Shown here one piece after another: positions 1-11,599 of a stretch of 64,000 nucleotides of DNA; position 1 is the stretch's first letter, and each line of letters opens with the position of its first letter. The position numbers and the translations under genes were made by a program. The DNA is from Octopus sinensis (Eukaryota). The stretch is from positions 22,506,001 through 22,570,000 of the forward strand of contig NC_043009.1 of NCBI RefSeq assembly GCF_006345805.1, given 5' to 3'. The notes under the pieces are model-generated. The model saw nothing but the letters and a program-made list of their open reading frames with translations. It did not search any database and was not told where the DNA came from.

Positions 1-57
1 TAATAATAATAATAATAATAATAACAATAATAATAATGATAACAAAGATAATAATAA

Positions 58-400
58 CAAGAGCACTCAGAGAGTGCAAACTTTCACCAAGGCAACACCA
101 ACATCCTTTCAACAATTACTTGGAGATGATTTTTAAAATGAGAATATCTGAAATAAACTTGACTGCTCTCATAAACAAGAATACTAAAAATGAACAGGAC
201 CGCTCTCAGAAATTAAGTAAAAAAAAGCAGGAAAAATAATCCAGAATCCTTGTCCGATACTGGATTGATCCCAAAAGCTAAACATCCCTGAGAGTTTCAT
301 CCGAATCCATCCACCAGTTCTTGAGATATCTTGTCCAAAGACAAACAAACAAACACAACTGAGAACAATACCTCTGCCTTCGCTAAGATGGAAATGATAA
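58..400. mobile_element. Dispersed non-autonomous repeat, possibly Helentron-like; second copy at ~36950-37270
   Basis: agcactcagagagtgcaaac..caccaaggcaacaccaa..gagatgatttttaaaatgagaatatctgaaataaact..acaaacaaacaaac..aacaatacctc recurs at 36950-37270; both copies are flanked by (TAA)n. Class assignment is a guess. Confidence 0.6.
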
Positions 401-545
401 TAATAATAATAATAATAAAGTAAGACTATTGAATAGTAATAATAATAAAAATGTTTTAAAAGTTTGGCATGATGCCAGCAGTTTTAGAGGAGAGGGTTAG
501 TTAATTACTTTGACCCCAGTACTTGACTGATATTGACTCTGGGGG

Positions 546-645
546 NNNNNNNNNNNNNNNNNNNNNNNNNNNNNNNNNNNNNNNNNNNNNNNNNNNNNNN
601 NNNNNNNNNNNNNNNNNNNNNNNNNNNNNNNNNNNNNNNNNNNNN
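546..645. other. Assembly gap (100 N)
   Basis: Run of exactly 100 N, a typical placeholder for a gap of unknown size. Confidence 0.99.
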
Positions 646-747
646 AAATAGATAAGAAAATGTATCGAATGCACATAGAACATTATTTTACCCACATATA
701 TCAAACATGAAACGTGTGTGTGTGTATGAACAGACAACATAATAATA

Positions 748-990
748 ATAATAACAACAGTAATGGTTTCAAATTTTGCCACAAGGGCAACCATTTTGGG
801 GGCCTGGATATGTCGATAACGTTGACCCCAGTGTTCAACTGGTACTTATTTAATCGACCCCGAAAGGATGAAAGGCAAAGTCGACCTCGGCGGAATTTGA
901 ACTCAGAACGTAGCGACAGGGGAAATACCGCGAAGCATTGCATCCAGCGTGCAAACGATTCTGCCAGTTACCCACCTTAATAATAATAAC
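748..990 (-). mobile_element. tRNA-derived SINE, family B (Nin/Deu-like central domain)
   Basis: Reverse complement reads ggcagaatcgtttgcacgctgg..gagttcaaattccgccgaggtcgactttgcctttcatcctttcggggtcgattaaataagtaccag, with a B-box GAGTTCAAATTCC. Many copies in the window. Confidence 0.85.
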
Positions 991-1040
991 AACAACGGGT
1001 AAAGGGGGTAAAAAGAAATAAATTTAAAAATCAAACATAC

Positions 1041-1066
1041 ATGTAATCGATGGCTTTTGTGATCAT
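1041..1066 (-). CDS. Candidate short coding first exon (MITKAIDY.., phase 2) of a gene continuing left of the window
   Basis: Minus strand ATGATCACAAAAGCCATCGATTACAT|GTATGT; in-frame TAA upstream; preceded by unique, CpG-containing UTR-like sequence (1070-1660). No homology recognised. Confidence 0.3.
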
Positions 1067-1954
1067 CGGTTGTGAAGGAAGCTCGAGATGACAAGAGACA
1101 AGATGTGTATTTTAAAAAAATATCCTTTTGCAGTGACTCGGGTAACGGGTAGTAAGACAGTATAAACAGAAGAAAAGAACCTCCAAAAAAAATAAACTTA
1201 AAAGGTCTGTCAAATACCCGCAAAAACAAGAAAAGAGAATGAGCGAGCAAGCAGGCTCTTGCGCTTGACTCCCGCCGACTCTCCTTCCTTTCACAACAAA
1301 AACACCGACACACGCACGCACACACCAAAACACACACACTCTCTCTGTCTCACTCTATCTCTCACGCGCTATCACAGCTCCTCCTCTTTCTACTTTCTTT
1401 ACTCTTTTCCTCCCCCTCCTCCTCCGCCTATAACCATTACAATGTCTTTTGAAGTTTCTTACACTGATTATTACTATTAATGCTCTCTCTCTCTTAGCAA
1501 ACTTCGGATCCAAAAATTCTTCGCTTCGACAAACGAACACGTTGAGGGGCGAGGCAGGGCGAGATGAGGGTTGTTGTTGGCGGTTACTTATTTTGCTGTC
1601 TTTGACACCACCTAGCACTGTCACCATGCGCCGTCCTTTAATGCATAATAATACATAATATATATATACACACACACACACACATATTCCACAACGCACG
1701 CAAAAGTAAACGTATAAAGACACATAAGGCATATATAGATACATACACATACACAGTGACATACAAATATACACACACAAACACATATATTTGCACCTAA
1801 CAGTTACGTCTTCATACTTAGAAACATTACATCATAAATACACGCAAAAAGATAGACACATATACAAACAACACACGTGTAGTGAGAGAAAGCATAACCT
1901 TACACATCTCTACGTGTGTATGTACACAGATATATAACTATAAATATATATATA

Positions 1955-2130
1955 TTTCTTTTACTTGTTTCAGTCGTTTGACTGTGGCCATGCTGGAGCA
2001 TCGCCTTTAGTCGAGCAAATCGACTCCAGGACTTAGTCTTCTATCGGTCTCTTTTGCCGAACCGCTAAGTTACGGCGACGTAAACACACCAGCATCGGAG
2101 GGACAAACACAGACACACACACACACACAC

Positions 2131-2162
<32 letters not shown>

Positions 2163-2332
2163 CATACATATATACGACGGGCTTCTTTCAGTTTCCGTCT
2201 ACCAAATCCACTCACAAGGCTTTGGTCGACCCGTGGCTATAGTAGAAGACACTTGCCCAAGGTGCCACGCAGTGGGACTGAACCCGGAACCATGTGGTTG
2301 GTAAACAAGCTACTTATCACACAGCCACTCCT
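1955..2332 (-). mobile_element. tRNA-derived SINE, family A (CORE-like head, internal (TA)n/(TG)n, conserved tail)
   Basis: Reverse complement gtggctgtgtgataagtagc..ccgggttcagtcccactgcgtggcaccttgggcaagtgtcttctac..gaaactgaaagaagcccgtcg (TA)n ..gctccagcatggcc..actgaaacaagtaaaag. 'accttgggcaagt' resembles the start of the CORE domain. Confidence 0.9.
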
Positions 2333-2979
2333 AATATATAAATTTAAAATAAGGGTGAAAAATTGAATATTAATTTGATTAATATCAATTTAAAACCAGT
2401 GGTCTTGCATATTTAAAAATCTGAAGTTTCAGAAAAAATTATATTACACACAAACACACACACATATATATATATGTAAAACATGAGTGCACGTACAGAA
2501 CCGTCTAAGCAGTTTTATAGGTTCCTGGGCGGATCAATACATTAGGGGTCCTTAGTATTTATTTATTGATAAATGGCTCATAACATACATAAACTGTAAA
2601 CGGGGTTCTAGACAAGGCATCTCCCCTCCCACCTCCCACTTCGGACAACTGCCCACTGTGTCCGTGCATTAAGACAAGTAATGCATAGCGTTTTTCGGTT
2701 ATATATAGACACAGAAATGTAAAGTCAACGTACGAGTGTGTATTTTTAGTAAGAACATTTTTTTAAAAAAACCTATTTGTTTAAAAAAGTAGTTGCCGAG
2801 CGGGTAAGCCACACTACCGATTTTCGTTTTTTTCTTTTCTTTTCGATATCAACATTTGAAAATTGATCCGACAAGTTCCAAGGCTTTGTTTGTTTGTTTT
2901 TAATTACTTTGTTGTGAATTGGACTTCGTCAGAAATCGGTTGATCAATTTTTCTAACCATAGAGAAAAATTAGTTAACA

Positions 2980-3670
2980 TAGGCGCAGGCGTGGCTGTGT
3001 GGTAAGAAAGTTTGATTCCCAACCATGTAGTCTTGGGTTCAGTTCCACTGTGCGGCACCATGGGCAAGTGTCTTCTATTAAAGCTCTGGGTTGACCAAAG
3101 CCTTGTCAGTGAATTTGGTAGACGAAAACTGCTTGAAAGCCCGTCGTATCTATCTATATCTGTATTAAGCGTGACTGCATGGTAAGAAGTTTGCTTCCCA
3201 ACCACATAGTTCCGGGCTCAATCCCACGGTGTGGTACCTTAGGCCGACCAAAGGCTTTGGTTGGATTTGGAAGAAGGAAACTGAAAGAAGCTTGTTATGT
3301 GTGTGTGAGTACATAACGCACAATAAAGAGCATTTATGCACCAATGCATAAAGAACATTTATGCATTGGTGCATAAATGTTCTTTGTTAATAAGGCTACC
3401 ATTCGTTTCATGCTTCGAAAAATCTTTCAACAATTGTGTGTATATGTGTGTGTGTGTGCGTGCATATCTCCAACTAATGTTAGATAGTGATTTCTTTACT
3501 CGTCGTTACTTAGCTGTTCGGCTTAAGAACCAATAAAATAAGTACCAGGCTAAAAAGAAAAAGAGAACTAAGCAATATAGATGATTCGTTCGACAAAAAA
3601 GACAAAAAAAACCTTGAAGGCGGTGCCTTAACATGGCTGCAATCCAATGACTAAACGAGTGAAAACTAGA
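2980..3670 (+). mobile_element. Fragmented family A SINEs (two heads and a tail)
   Basis: ggcgcaggcgtggctgtgtggtaag.. at 2982, second head at ~3175, tail motif aataagtaccaggc..gattcgttcgac..ggcggtgc..catggctgcaatccaatgac at ~3500-3660. Confidence 0.8.
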
Positions 3671-4119
3671 AATATAAGCAATAATGTACACAACCTCGGA
3701 CAGATCTAAATAAATCGGTTCTGCCCTAATTTGCATAACATTGTAAACGTTGGCAACGTGTATTATTAATTAGTCAATTAACGGAAGCATTCATTACACA
3801 GTGTCTATTTCGTTTGATTTTATTTTCGTGAACAGAAATAAATAGTAGGTGGATTTTCAGGTGTGTAGGCTTTTTTTGGTAAACAAAACACATTTTTAGC
3901 CCTGCTATGAAAAGATATTATGGTCAAACTACACTGCCTTTTTTTTTTGTCTTCTTTTGCCCTATCTGGATATAGGAGATTGACCTGGCGAATTTCGGTT
4001 ATGCAAATTAGAACAGGCGAATTCAGTTTTATCCGAGTTTATGTATACTATAATTAGCTTAAATATTTATATTTGTTCTGTAGCCTGAAAAATGAGTTAA
4101 CCATCCTCTGGTGAAATGG

Positions 4120-4162
<43 letters not shown>

Positions 4163-4729
4163 CCATTTCTCGTTCCTGATCATAAACAAATAACATGTGG
4201 TTTTACTACATGTTACGATATTTACGATGAAGCTAAAAATACATTAAAATCGCACAACGTATAATTCCACTTGACATACACGCATCTGTACAGAGGGAAA
4301 GCTTAGCCGTCAGTCGCAAGCAAGTTATGAATGACTTGGGATTGTACGATCCTTTTGCTAATTGTATCAGTGGCCTCTGTAGTCGCAATGTGATACATAC
4401 ACCTTCTCTCGTCCCTCTTGCCTTTGATGCAATGGCACATCGAGAATGTGAAAGCTGGAGAGAGAGAGGAGGGTAGAGGGTGCTGCACCAGCGCTGGGGT
4501 GGTACTTAATTTCAGCAACGTAAACTGCACGTAAAAGTGTAAAAGGCCAGGTGGTCCGCACATTAAAGTGGCACCTATTAATGTTTGTTTCCATCGTGTT
4601 AAATACGAAAACCAATTAACATTAAACTGAATTACTAGGTACTTTGTGGAGGAGTACCTAATTTGTAAACTTTTACAAGATGGGTAACAGTAACTTTGAA
4701 GTTTCATCATACTGGCCGTCGTCATCTGT

Positions 4730-5000
4730 GTGTGTGAGCGCGTGGTCCAGCGGTTAAGGTGTTGGGCTTACGGTCACAACGTCGTAGGTTCGATTATTGG
4801 TCCGGGCGGCAAGTTGTGTTCGAGGATAACATTTCGTTTTACATTGTTCCAATTCACTCAACTGTAAATGGGTACAGCCTGCAGCAGACTGGCATTTCGT
4901 TTAAGGGGAATGTTGGCACATCCACTTAACCAACGGGGCGACATCATTCGAAGGCTAAAACGATGCAAGGAAGCACATTGGGACCAGCAGTGCTTAACAA
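4730..5000 (+). mobile_element. tRNA-derived SINE, family C-like
   Basis: gcgcgtggtccagcggttaaggtgttgggc..gtaggttcgatt has A-box/B-box tRNA-like motifs; related heads at ~20600-20665(-), 35720, 47210. Confidence 0.75.
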
Positions 5001-5002
5001 CA

Positions 5003-5414
5003 AAATTCAGTAAAATGGAGATGTAGCATTAATATCATTTATTAACTGCAAAAATTCAACATATTCTCTTACAGCTGTTTCGATTTTACCCCAAACATGA
5101 TTTGGATGATTTGGAAACATAACTAATAACCTAACGGTATGTCTTTTCTATTCCTCTGATGAGAGTTTGCCCAATACAAAGATTTAATTACGGAATTTAA
5201 TTCTTTGGGCAAAATCGAAACAGCTATAAGAGAATATGTTGAATTTTTGCAGTTAATCAATTATACCAATGCTACATCTCCATTTTCTGAATTTTAATTT
5301 GAATATTTATAAACCAAAATTTATACTTGAACCTATTATTTTATGAATATTACTATTAATTAAAAAAATTAATAGGCGATGAACCAGTAATTCATTGGAC
5401 ATTTTAATTCCTTA
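5003..5414. mobile_element. AT-rich fold-back non-autonomous DNA element (TTAA-ended); second copy ~41540-41985
   Basis: Internal inverted arms ~5003-5100 / ~5205-5300 (tggagatgtagcat..aactgcaaaaattcaacatattctctta vs its reverse complement). Ends ..taattcattggacattttaattccttaa; the 41.5-kb copy has the same arms and ends cattggatactttctatcccttaa. Confidence 0.75.
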
Positions 5415-5992
5415 ATGACGACGGCCAGTATGATGAAACTTCAAAGTTACTGTTACCCATCTTGTAAAAGTTTACAAATTAGGTACTCCTCCACAAAGTA
5501 CCTAGTAATTCAGTTTAATGTTAATTGGTTTTCGTATTTAACACGATGGAAACAAACATTAATAGGTGCCACTTTAATGTGCGGACCACCTGGCCTTTTA
5601 CACTTTTACGTGCAGTTTACGTTGCTGAAATTAAGTACCACCCCAGCGCTGGTGCAGCACCCTCTACCCCTCCTCTCTCTCTCTAGCTTTCACATTCTCG
5701 ATGTGCCATTGCATCAAAGGCAAGAGGGACGAGAGAAGGTGTATGTATCACATTGCGACTACAGAGGCCACTGATACAATTAGCAAAAGGATCGTACAAT
5801 CCACCAAGTCATTCATAACTTGCTTGCGACTGACGGCTAAGCTTTCCCTCTGTACAGATGCGTGTATGTCAAGTGGAATTATACGTTGTGCGATTTTAAT
5901 GTATTTTTAGCTTCATCGTAAATATCGTAACATGTAGTAAAACCACATGTTATTTGTTTATGATCAGGAACGAGAATTGGGACTATATTAGC

Positions 5993-6027
<35 letters not shown>

Positions 6028-6374
6028 CACACACACACAGACACACGTTATAAACACAGAGTTTAAAATTTACGACATCTGTTTCGGTAGAATTTTATTT
6101 ATTAAAAGCAGTTACAAAAGACGACATTGGAATATATAAGCCACCGTCATCAGGTAAAATTTTAAACAGGTAAGATTTTAAGCATCGACCCGGACATATC
6201 TGATTATATTTTATGATGCCATCTTTTATGACTTGCCTTAAATAAATAAAGTTCCACCGAAGAAGTTGTAAATTTAAAATGTCATTTGTGTTTACTTTTT
6301 ATACATACATTGCGCCAAGTACCCACCCCTGATCTAGGGTTTAAATTGGATATGGTACTTGCATATATACAGTG

Positions 6375-6940
6375 GTGCTATGTCTTTTCGTCCGATGTCT
6401 TTTTGTCCGATGAATTTTTTTGTCCAACGACTTTTTATCCAATTTTAAATAAACTCTTTAGAAAACAAGGTGAAATATCTCTGATAATGTATTCACAGAT
6501 CTATAATGAGCCTCGTTATAGAATTGTTATCATCGTTCTTTTTTCTTCTCTGTTAACAGTTTTGCTTTCTCTTTTTCCTTCTCTCTCTTAAGTATGGTGC
6601 TGTGTATAGAGAGTGCAGCAAATTTAGTGTACACATTTTTAATTTCCCCATCTCGAAATGACAAAGTTCATAGTATCAACCAAAGCAAAAGGAAAGCAGT
6701 TGAAAGTAATTACATCTACGATTTTCATTCAAGCAATAGAAAACTAAGGAAAGAATACTGGAGATGTGAGGAATGAAGGCTGTGTTCTCTGCGAATTCAC
6801 ACGACGTTCACCTTGATTTCTGAAGATTTTATTTAAAATTGGACAAAAAGTTGTCGGACAAAGAAAATCATCGGAGAAAAAGATGTGGACGAAGTGATGC
6901 TGGACAGAGTGACATCGGACGAAAAGTCGAGTCACGATCT
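6375..6940. mobile_element. MITE-like element with TIRs built from ~15-bp sub-repeats
   Basis: Left cttttcgtccgatgtctttttgtccgatgaatttttttgtccaacgac..aattttaaataaa..caaggtgaa mirrors right ttcaccttg..tttatttaaaattggacaaaaagttgtcggacaaagaaaatcatcgga..ggacgaaaagtcg. Confidence 0.75.
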
Positions 6941-7406
6941 ACGGTATCCTACCAACACCGATGTTTTCAATGTTCTAAGTTTCACTGTGAACTCTATGTA
7001 ATCGTACCAAACCATTTCTGGCGTCCTACAAGTTGATGTGTCTCAATTCTTATGAACCCTAATAACAAAATTATATAAATATATATGTCGTTGATTGCTC
7101 GAAATGGGGAGTAGATAGACAGCCGACAAATGATAAAGGGTCATTCTTGTCCCTTTTTCTCTCTCATTATTTGCGTATTTAACTAATTTGTTTTTGTATT
7201 TCATGTTGTTTACTGTTGGTGACGTCGTGTACCCATATATGCATGTGTGTATGTGTATACATATATGTATATATAGATATATATGTATACACACACACAC
7301 ATATATAATACCCTATGAATGTGAGAAGAATATAGTCACAAACATGTGTTATGCAGAAACGTATGTAGCAATATGTAAATTTCAATTCAAAATATTTTCG
7401 TTATTA

Positions 7407-7526
<120 letters not shown>

Positions 7527-7894
7527 CGCAGTTGATACGTCCAAATAAAGAGTGATCTTATACACTGGGGAGTAGAGAGGTGATTATATTGCAAATTCAT
7601 TAAATATAATACAATTCCAGGTCGCAAGAGCAGCATCTATTAACTTGAAAGTCCAGGTAAAACTCTCAGATCCCGGTCGCATGGTCTGTCCATTACTGCC
7701 AAAAAATGGACGGTACGAGCAAGCTGAAGATACGCTGAATTTCAGTTGGATTTCAAAGTAAGAGTAGTTGCACTTCCGTTTGTGTGTGTGTGTGCTTTCT
7801 CAAGAGAAATTTGATAAGTGCAACGCGGAAATTTTTTCGGTTCTTGAGTCACTTAATGTAACCTTTCAGCTAAATAAAAGAAATTGTTTCGAAT

Positions 7895-8060
7895 TTGGGG
7901 ACAAGGCCAGCAATTTTGTGAGTGAGGACTAGTCGATCACATCGATCTCAGTACGTAACTGGTACTTAATTTATCTACCTCCAAAGGATGAAAGGCAAAG
8001 TCGACCCCGGCGCCATTTGAACTCAGAACGTGAAGACGAACGAAACACCGCGAAGCAAAA
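7895..8060 (-). mobile_element. Family B SINE
   Basis: actggtacttaatttatc..aaaggatgaaaggcaaagtcgacc..tttgaactcagaacg. Confidence 0.85.
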
Positions 8061-8220
8061 TAATAATAATAATTAATAATAAATGTTTATAAGCGAGCAC
8101 GTGCATTTATGTTTATGCTGTGTGCTTTTGTGAGATCGATAAGATACATTCAGGGACCGATATGAAGGCAGGACTGTAGCATGACCGCAGTCCGATGACT
8201 GAAACCAGTAAAATGTTATA

Positions 8221-8968
8221 TAAGGTGTGCAATGGGTATATGTCACCATTTTATATCTTAAATTTTGCGCATGCACATTGTTTTTGATTTTGTCGACTAC
8301 ACAGTATAGTAGGGCCAGTTGGGCACTGTCTGTGAGACGAACAGCATCATGACGTAATATGGAAACGATATGCTGTACTGTTTGGTATTCGCGCCGGAAA
8401 CTCCAATACGAACATTTCAGAGTTTTTGGGTGTCAATCTGAGGACACATTGTCCCCAAAACATGTACAGAGTGATAAAAATCAAACATCCAGTCAACATT
8501 ATGGTGTTTGGAGTGATCGCTAGTGATGGTGACGTTATATCTCCATTCTTTTTCCCGCATGGTCTCTGACTCAACACGGAGGCCTACATAAAGTGCCTAG
8601 AGGAGGTAGTCAAGTGGGTGGCTACTGGAAGACCCTATGTCTGGCAACAAAACTCTGCACCATGCCACACAAGCAGGAGAACCCAGTCATGGCTGTCAGA
8701 CATTTTCTGCGGTCACATCGCCCCTAAAATCTGGCCACCTAACTCCCCAGACTGCAACCCCTTGATTATTATGTGTGGGCCACAGTTGAGCGAGAGACCA
8801 ACAAAATTCTTTGTAACACCAAAGATAATCTGGAAGCCGTAGTTGAAGCCAATGGTGATTTTAGTATTCCAAGATATTTTTATATAATTTTAGTAAATAT
8901 ATCTGTTAAAACGAGATATCGGTGTTATTTTCATTTATGCGTAATTTAGACGACAGTTTATTCACCGC

Positions 8969-8974
<6 letters not shown>
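8221..8974 (+). mobile_element. Internally deleted, decayed DD37D (maT-type) mariner transposon
   Basis: Translation across stops gives KHPVNIMVFGVIASDGDV..YVWQQNSAPCHTSRRTQSWLS..IWPPNSPDCNPL(fs)DYY: 37 residues between the second catalytic position (mutated to N, 8651) and the final D (8764) after correcting a 1-nt deletion. Degenerate termini taaggtgtgc.. / ..ccgcacccta, TA-flanked. Confidence 0.8.
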
Positions 8975-9004
<30 letters not shown>

Positions 9005-9291
9005 TTTCTGTTGCAAGATTCCTGATTGGAAACGGTGTTTTCTGGCAAGAAAAGAAAAGTGACCATCCCGAAATACTGTGTGTGTGTGTGCGCGCGCGCG
9101 TGTGTGAGTGTGATACAGAAAGAAAGGTGGAGGGAGAATACATACAAACACAGATTGCACTTTATCCCACTACCATTTCCCGCTATTTCCACCACACATT
9201 TGTCGCCCCGCCTTCTCTTCACACCAAGTCTCACAGAATCATGTTACAATTGCCACACACAACATAACACACGCGCAGCGCTCCGACTTAC

Positions 9292-9411
9292 CTCCCCCAC
9301 CTCCCTTGTCAATAAAGCAATCGGCGATGAAAGAGAATAGAGGTGTGAAGTTCGTATGCGAATGAAATCGATGATCGGGTTTCGATTCCTGTTGGAAAAA
9401 TCACTTCGCAT
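9292..9411 (-). CDS. Candidate exon (MRSDFSNRNRNPIIDFIRIRTSHLYSLSSPIALLTREVGE, phase 0)
   Basis: Open 40 codons from ATG to a consensus donor GAG|GTAAGT (9291) in CpG-rich unique-looking sequence; an internal acceptor tttttccaacag| at 9389 is also possible. No homology recognised. Confidence 0.25.
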
Positions 9412-9499
9412 TTCACCGATGTCGAGAAACGTTTCTGCCTAAATCGCCACCGCCGTCAACACCACCAGTTTCTTCTATATCATATCTTAATAAAAAGGA

Positions 9500-9780
9500 G
9501 TACTTCCCAACCACATAGTCCCAGGTTCAGTCCAAATGCGTGGCACTTTGGGTGACTTCTATGGGCCGAAGAAAACTGAAAGAAACCCGTCGGGTATATA
9601 TATATATATATATATATACGACGGGCTTTCAGTTTCCGTCTACCAAATCCACTCACAAGGCTTTGGTCGGCCCGAGGCTATAGTAGAAGACACTTGCACA
9701 AGGTTCCACGCGGTGGGACTGAACCCGGAACCATGTGGTTGGTAAGCAAGCTACTTACCACACACATCCACTCCTATGCC
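9500..9780. mobile_element. Two family A SINE heads in inverted orientation around a (TA)n tract
   Basis: + head (cttcccaaccacatag..gaaactgaaagaaacccgtcg) ends at (TA)n 9594-9618, followed by a - head (cgacgggctttcagtttccgtctacc..). Confidence 0.85.
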
Positions 9781-10107
9781 TCTCTCTCTCTCTCTATGTG
9801 TGTGTATCTCTTATGATAAAAGGCAGATTTTCTCTGCCTGTTCCCATGTTTCTTTTTAATACAATTCTACAATATATAATTTCTTCAATTGGAATGTATC
9901 TATGATTTTTCCAAGTAGATACGATTAGGTCATGGCATATTAAGTTTTTTTCAATTTGACCCCCAATTAAGCAAAAATTCGAGAAAACTCAATATTTTAC
10001 GATTTGCCTCTCACATTTCAAGTGGTTTACTCCTGCTATTACCACCACACGTTCTCCTACTTTCTTTTTGCAAGTGTGAAACTATTAAAGTGAAAGTATT
10101 CCCTTAT

Positions 10108-10144
<37 letters not shown>

Positions 10145-10851
10145 TAGCAATTCGTATAAAATTGCATCAATGACTTGAACTTGAATAAGTGGTTTCACAT
10201 AAATGGGGAAAAATTAAAAAGGTTTGTTGTTATTATTATTACTGTTTGACTATTGTAATCACGTTTGTTGGTTCCTCGTCAGGGAAACGTTGTTGTGTTG
10301 CATTTGTTAAATAATTGTAAACCGTAACCCTCCCCCTTTCGGAGAAGGGGCTTTGGTTATTGTTTAAAAATTGAATTGTGTCCCTGTTTGGGAAAATTGA
10401 CAATATTTTCACCGTCTTTACGGAAGCATTTTTGTTAAAATGCCTTCTATAGAAGAAAGTCCAAAAATGAATTTCGCTGCAGCCGTACACTTCTATACAA
10501 GATCCAATTGATCGAAATTGCAAGAGACGGGCCTACAATTCCAGTCTGTTATATATTTTGAGTATTGTTATCACTAGCGATATCAACATATAACTTTGTA
10601 TTTTGTATTTTATGTGTAGATGTATATATATAGATGTACATGTAATATGTACACATATTTATACACATATATACATGCATAATATATCTACCCATACACA
10701 CATACGCGCACACACACACACATACATAGGGGCAGGTGTGGATGTGTGGTAACAAACTACGTTCCAAACACATGGTCCTGGGTTCATGTACATATATACA
10801 TACATACATGTGTGTGTGTGTGTATGTATGTGTATTAATGTGTGTGTGTTA

Positions 10852-11243
10852 TCTCTCTATATATAAAGCTGAAGTTGTCTGTGTGCGCCAGGTTTGGTAA
10901 CCTCCAACTAACACTATCTCCTCCGAGACCCTGCGGCGCAAGTTGACCAAAATTGAGAGTATGATAGAAGAAGGGTTGCTCTTCCTTCCGTAGAAGATAA
11001 AATTCAAATCGGACCATGTTAACACCAAAAATTATTTACATCAAAAAGGTGCTTTTTTCTATGAAAATCCCTATTCTTTTACGATTTTTTCACTGCTGTG
11101 TCGCCACTTTTCGGTGTATTTCAACCAGAAAAATGTTCACTTGAAGAGAATAACAAGCTACATAATGCAAAATTTTTACTTTTCAAAAATTCCAATTCCA
11201 GCGGGTCGAAACAAACCCGAGCAACGCCGGGCGATACTGCTAA
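10852..11243 (+). mobile_element. Non-autonomous Helitron
   Basis: A|TC 5' end (tctctctatatataaagctgaag), subterminal hairpin cccgagcaacgccggg, CTAA|T 3' end, no TSD: canonical Helitron termini. Confidence 0.8.
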
Positions 11244-11599
11244 TATATATATAAAAGCGCGCTCTTGTCACCCCATCCACAAAAATTTGACAACTGGTGT
11301 TGGTTTGTTAATGTCCTCTTGACTTAACGCTTCGGCAAAAGAGATTATAGAATAAGCACCAGACTAAAAGACAAAAACTGGGGTTGATTCGTACGGCTAA
11401 AACCCTTCAAGGCGGTGCCCCAGCATGGCTGCAACCCGATGACTGAAACAAGTAAAAGATAAAGAGCCCACACCTAGAAATTCATAAGAAAAATAAACAT
11501 TGTGATGTTACATTCATGATTTTCCTCATATTACGATCGTGTGCCGAATTCCCTGTCCATTAAGCTGTCATGTGCCAGTATAATCAGATTGAGTATTTG

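Larger units (their letters stand above)
4155..5988. repeat. Long inverted duplication: arms 4155-4725 and 5415-5988, ~690-bp spacer
   Basis: The arms are reverse complements with only about 4-5 differences (e.g. cccatttctcg vs cgagaattggg, small indels in the C-run and at atcc(ac)caag). The same peptide appears in ORFs 4303-4725(-) and 5415-5774(+). Confidence 0.97.

Noticed and set aside
546-645. Adjacency of sequences across the N run
   Set aside because: Scaffold gap of unknown true size; no inference made across it.
4730-4810. tRNA-like sequences here and at other SINE heads
   Set aside because: A/B boxes are present but no complete cloverleaf; they continue into SINE bodies.
5415-5774. 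Paired ORFs 4303-4725(-) and 5415-5774(+) as duplicated genes
   Set aside because: No recognisable domain or splice context; the identity follows from the inverted duplication, and an indel changes the C-termini.
7680-7765. Plus-strand short ORF ending at aaa|GTAAGA, and similar plus-strand donors near 6170, 21231, 22411 and 53846
   Set aside because: Donor-like hexamers are expected by chance at this density; no supporting promoter or acceptor context.
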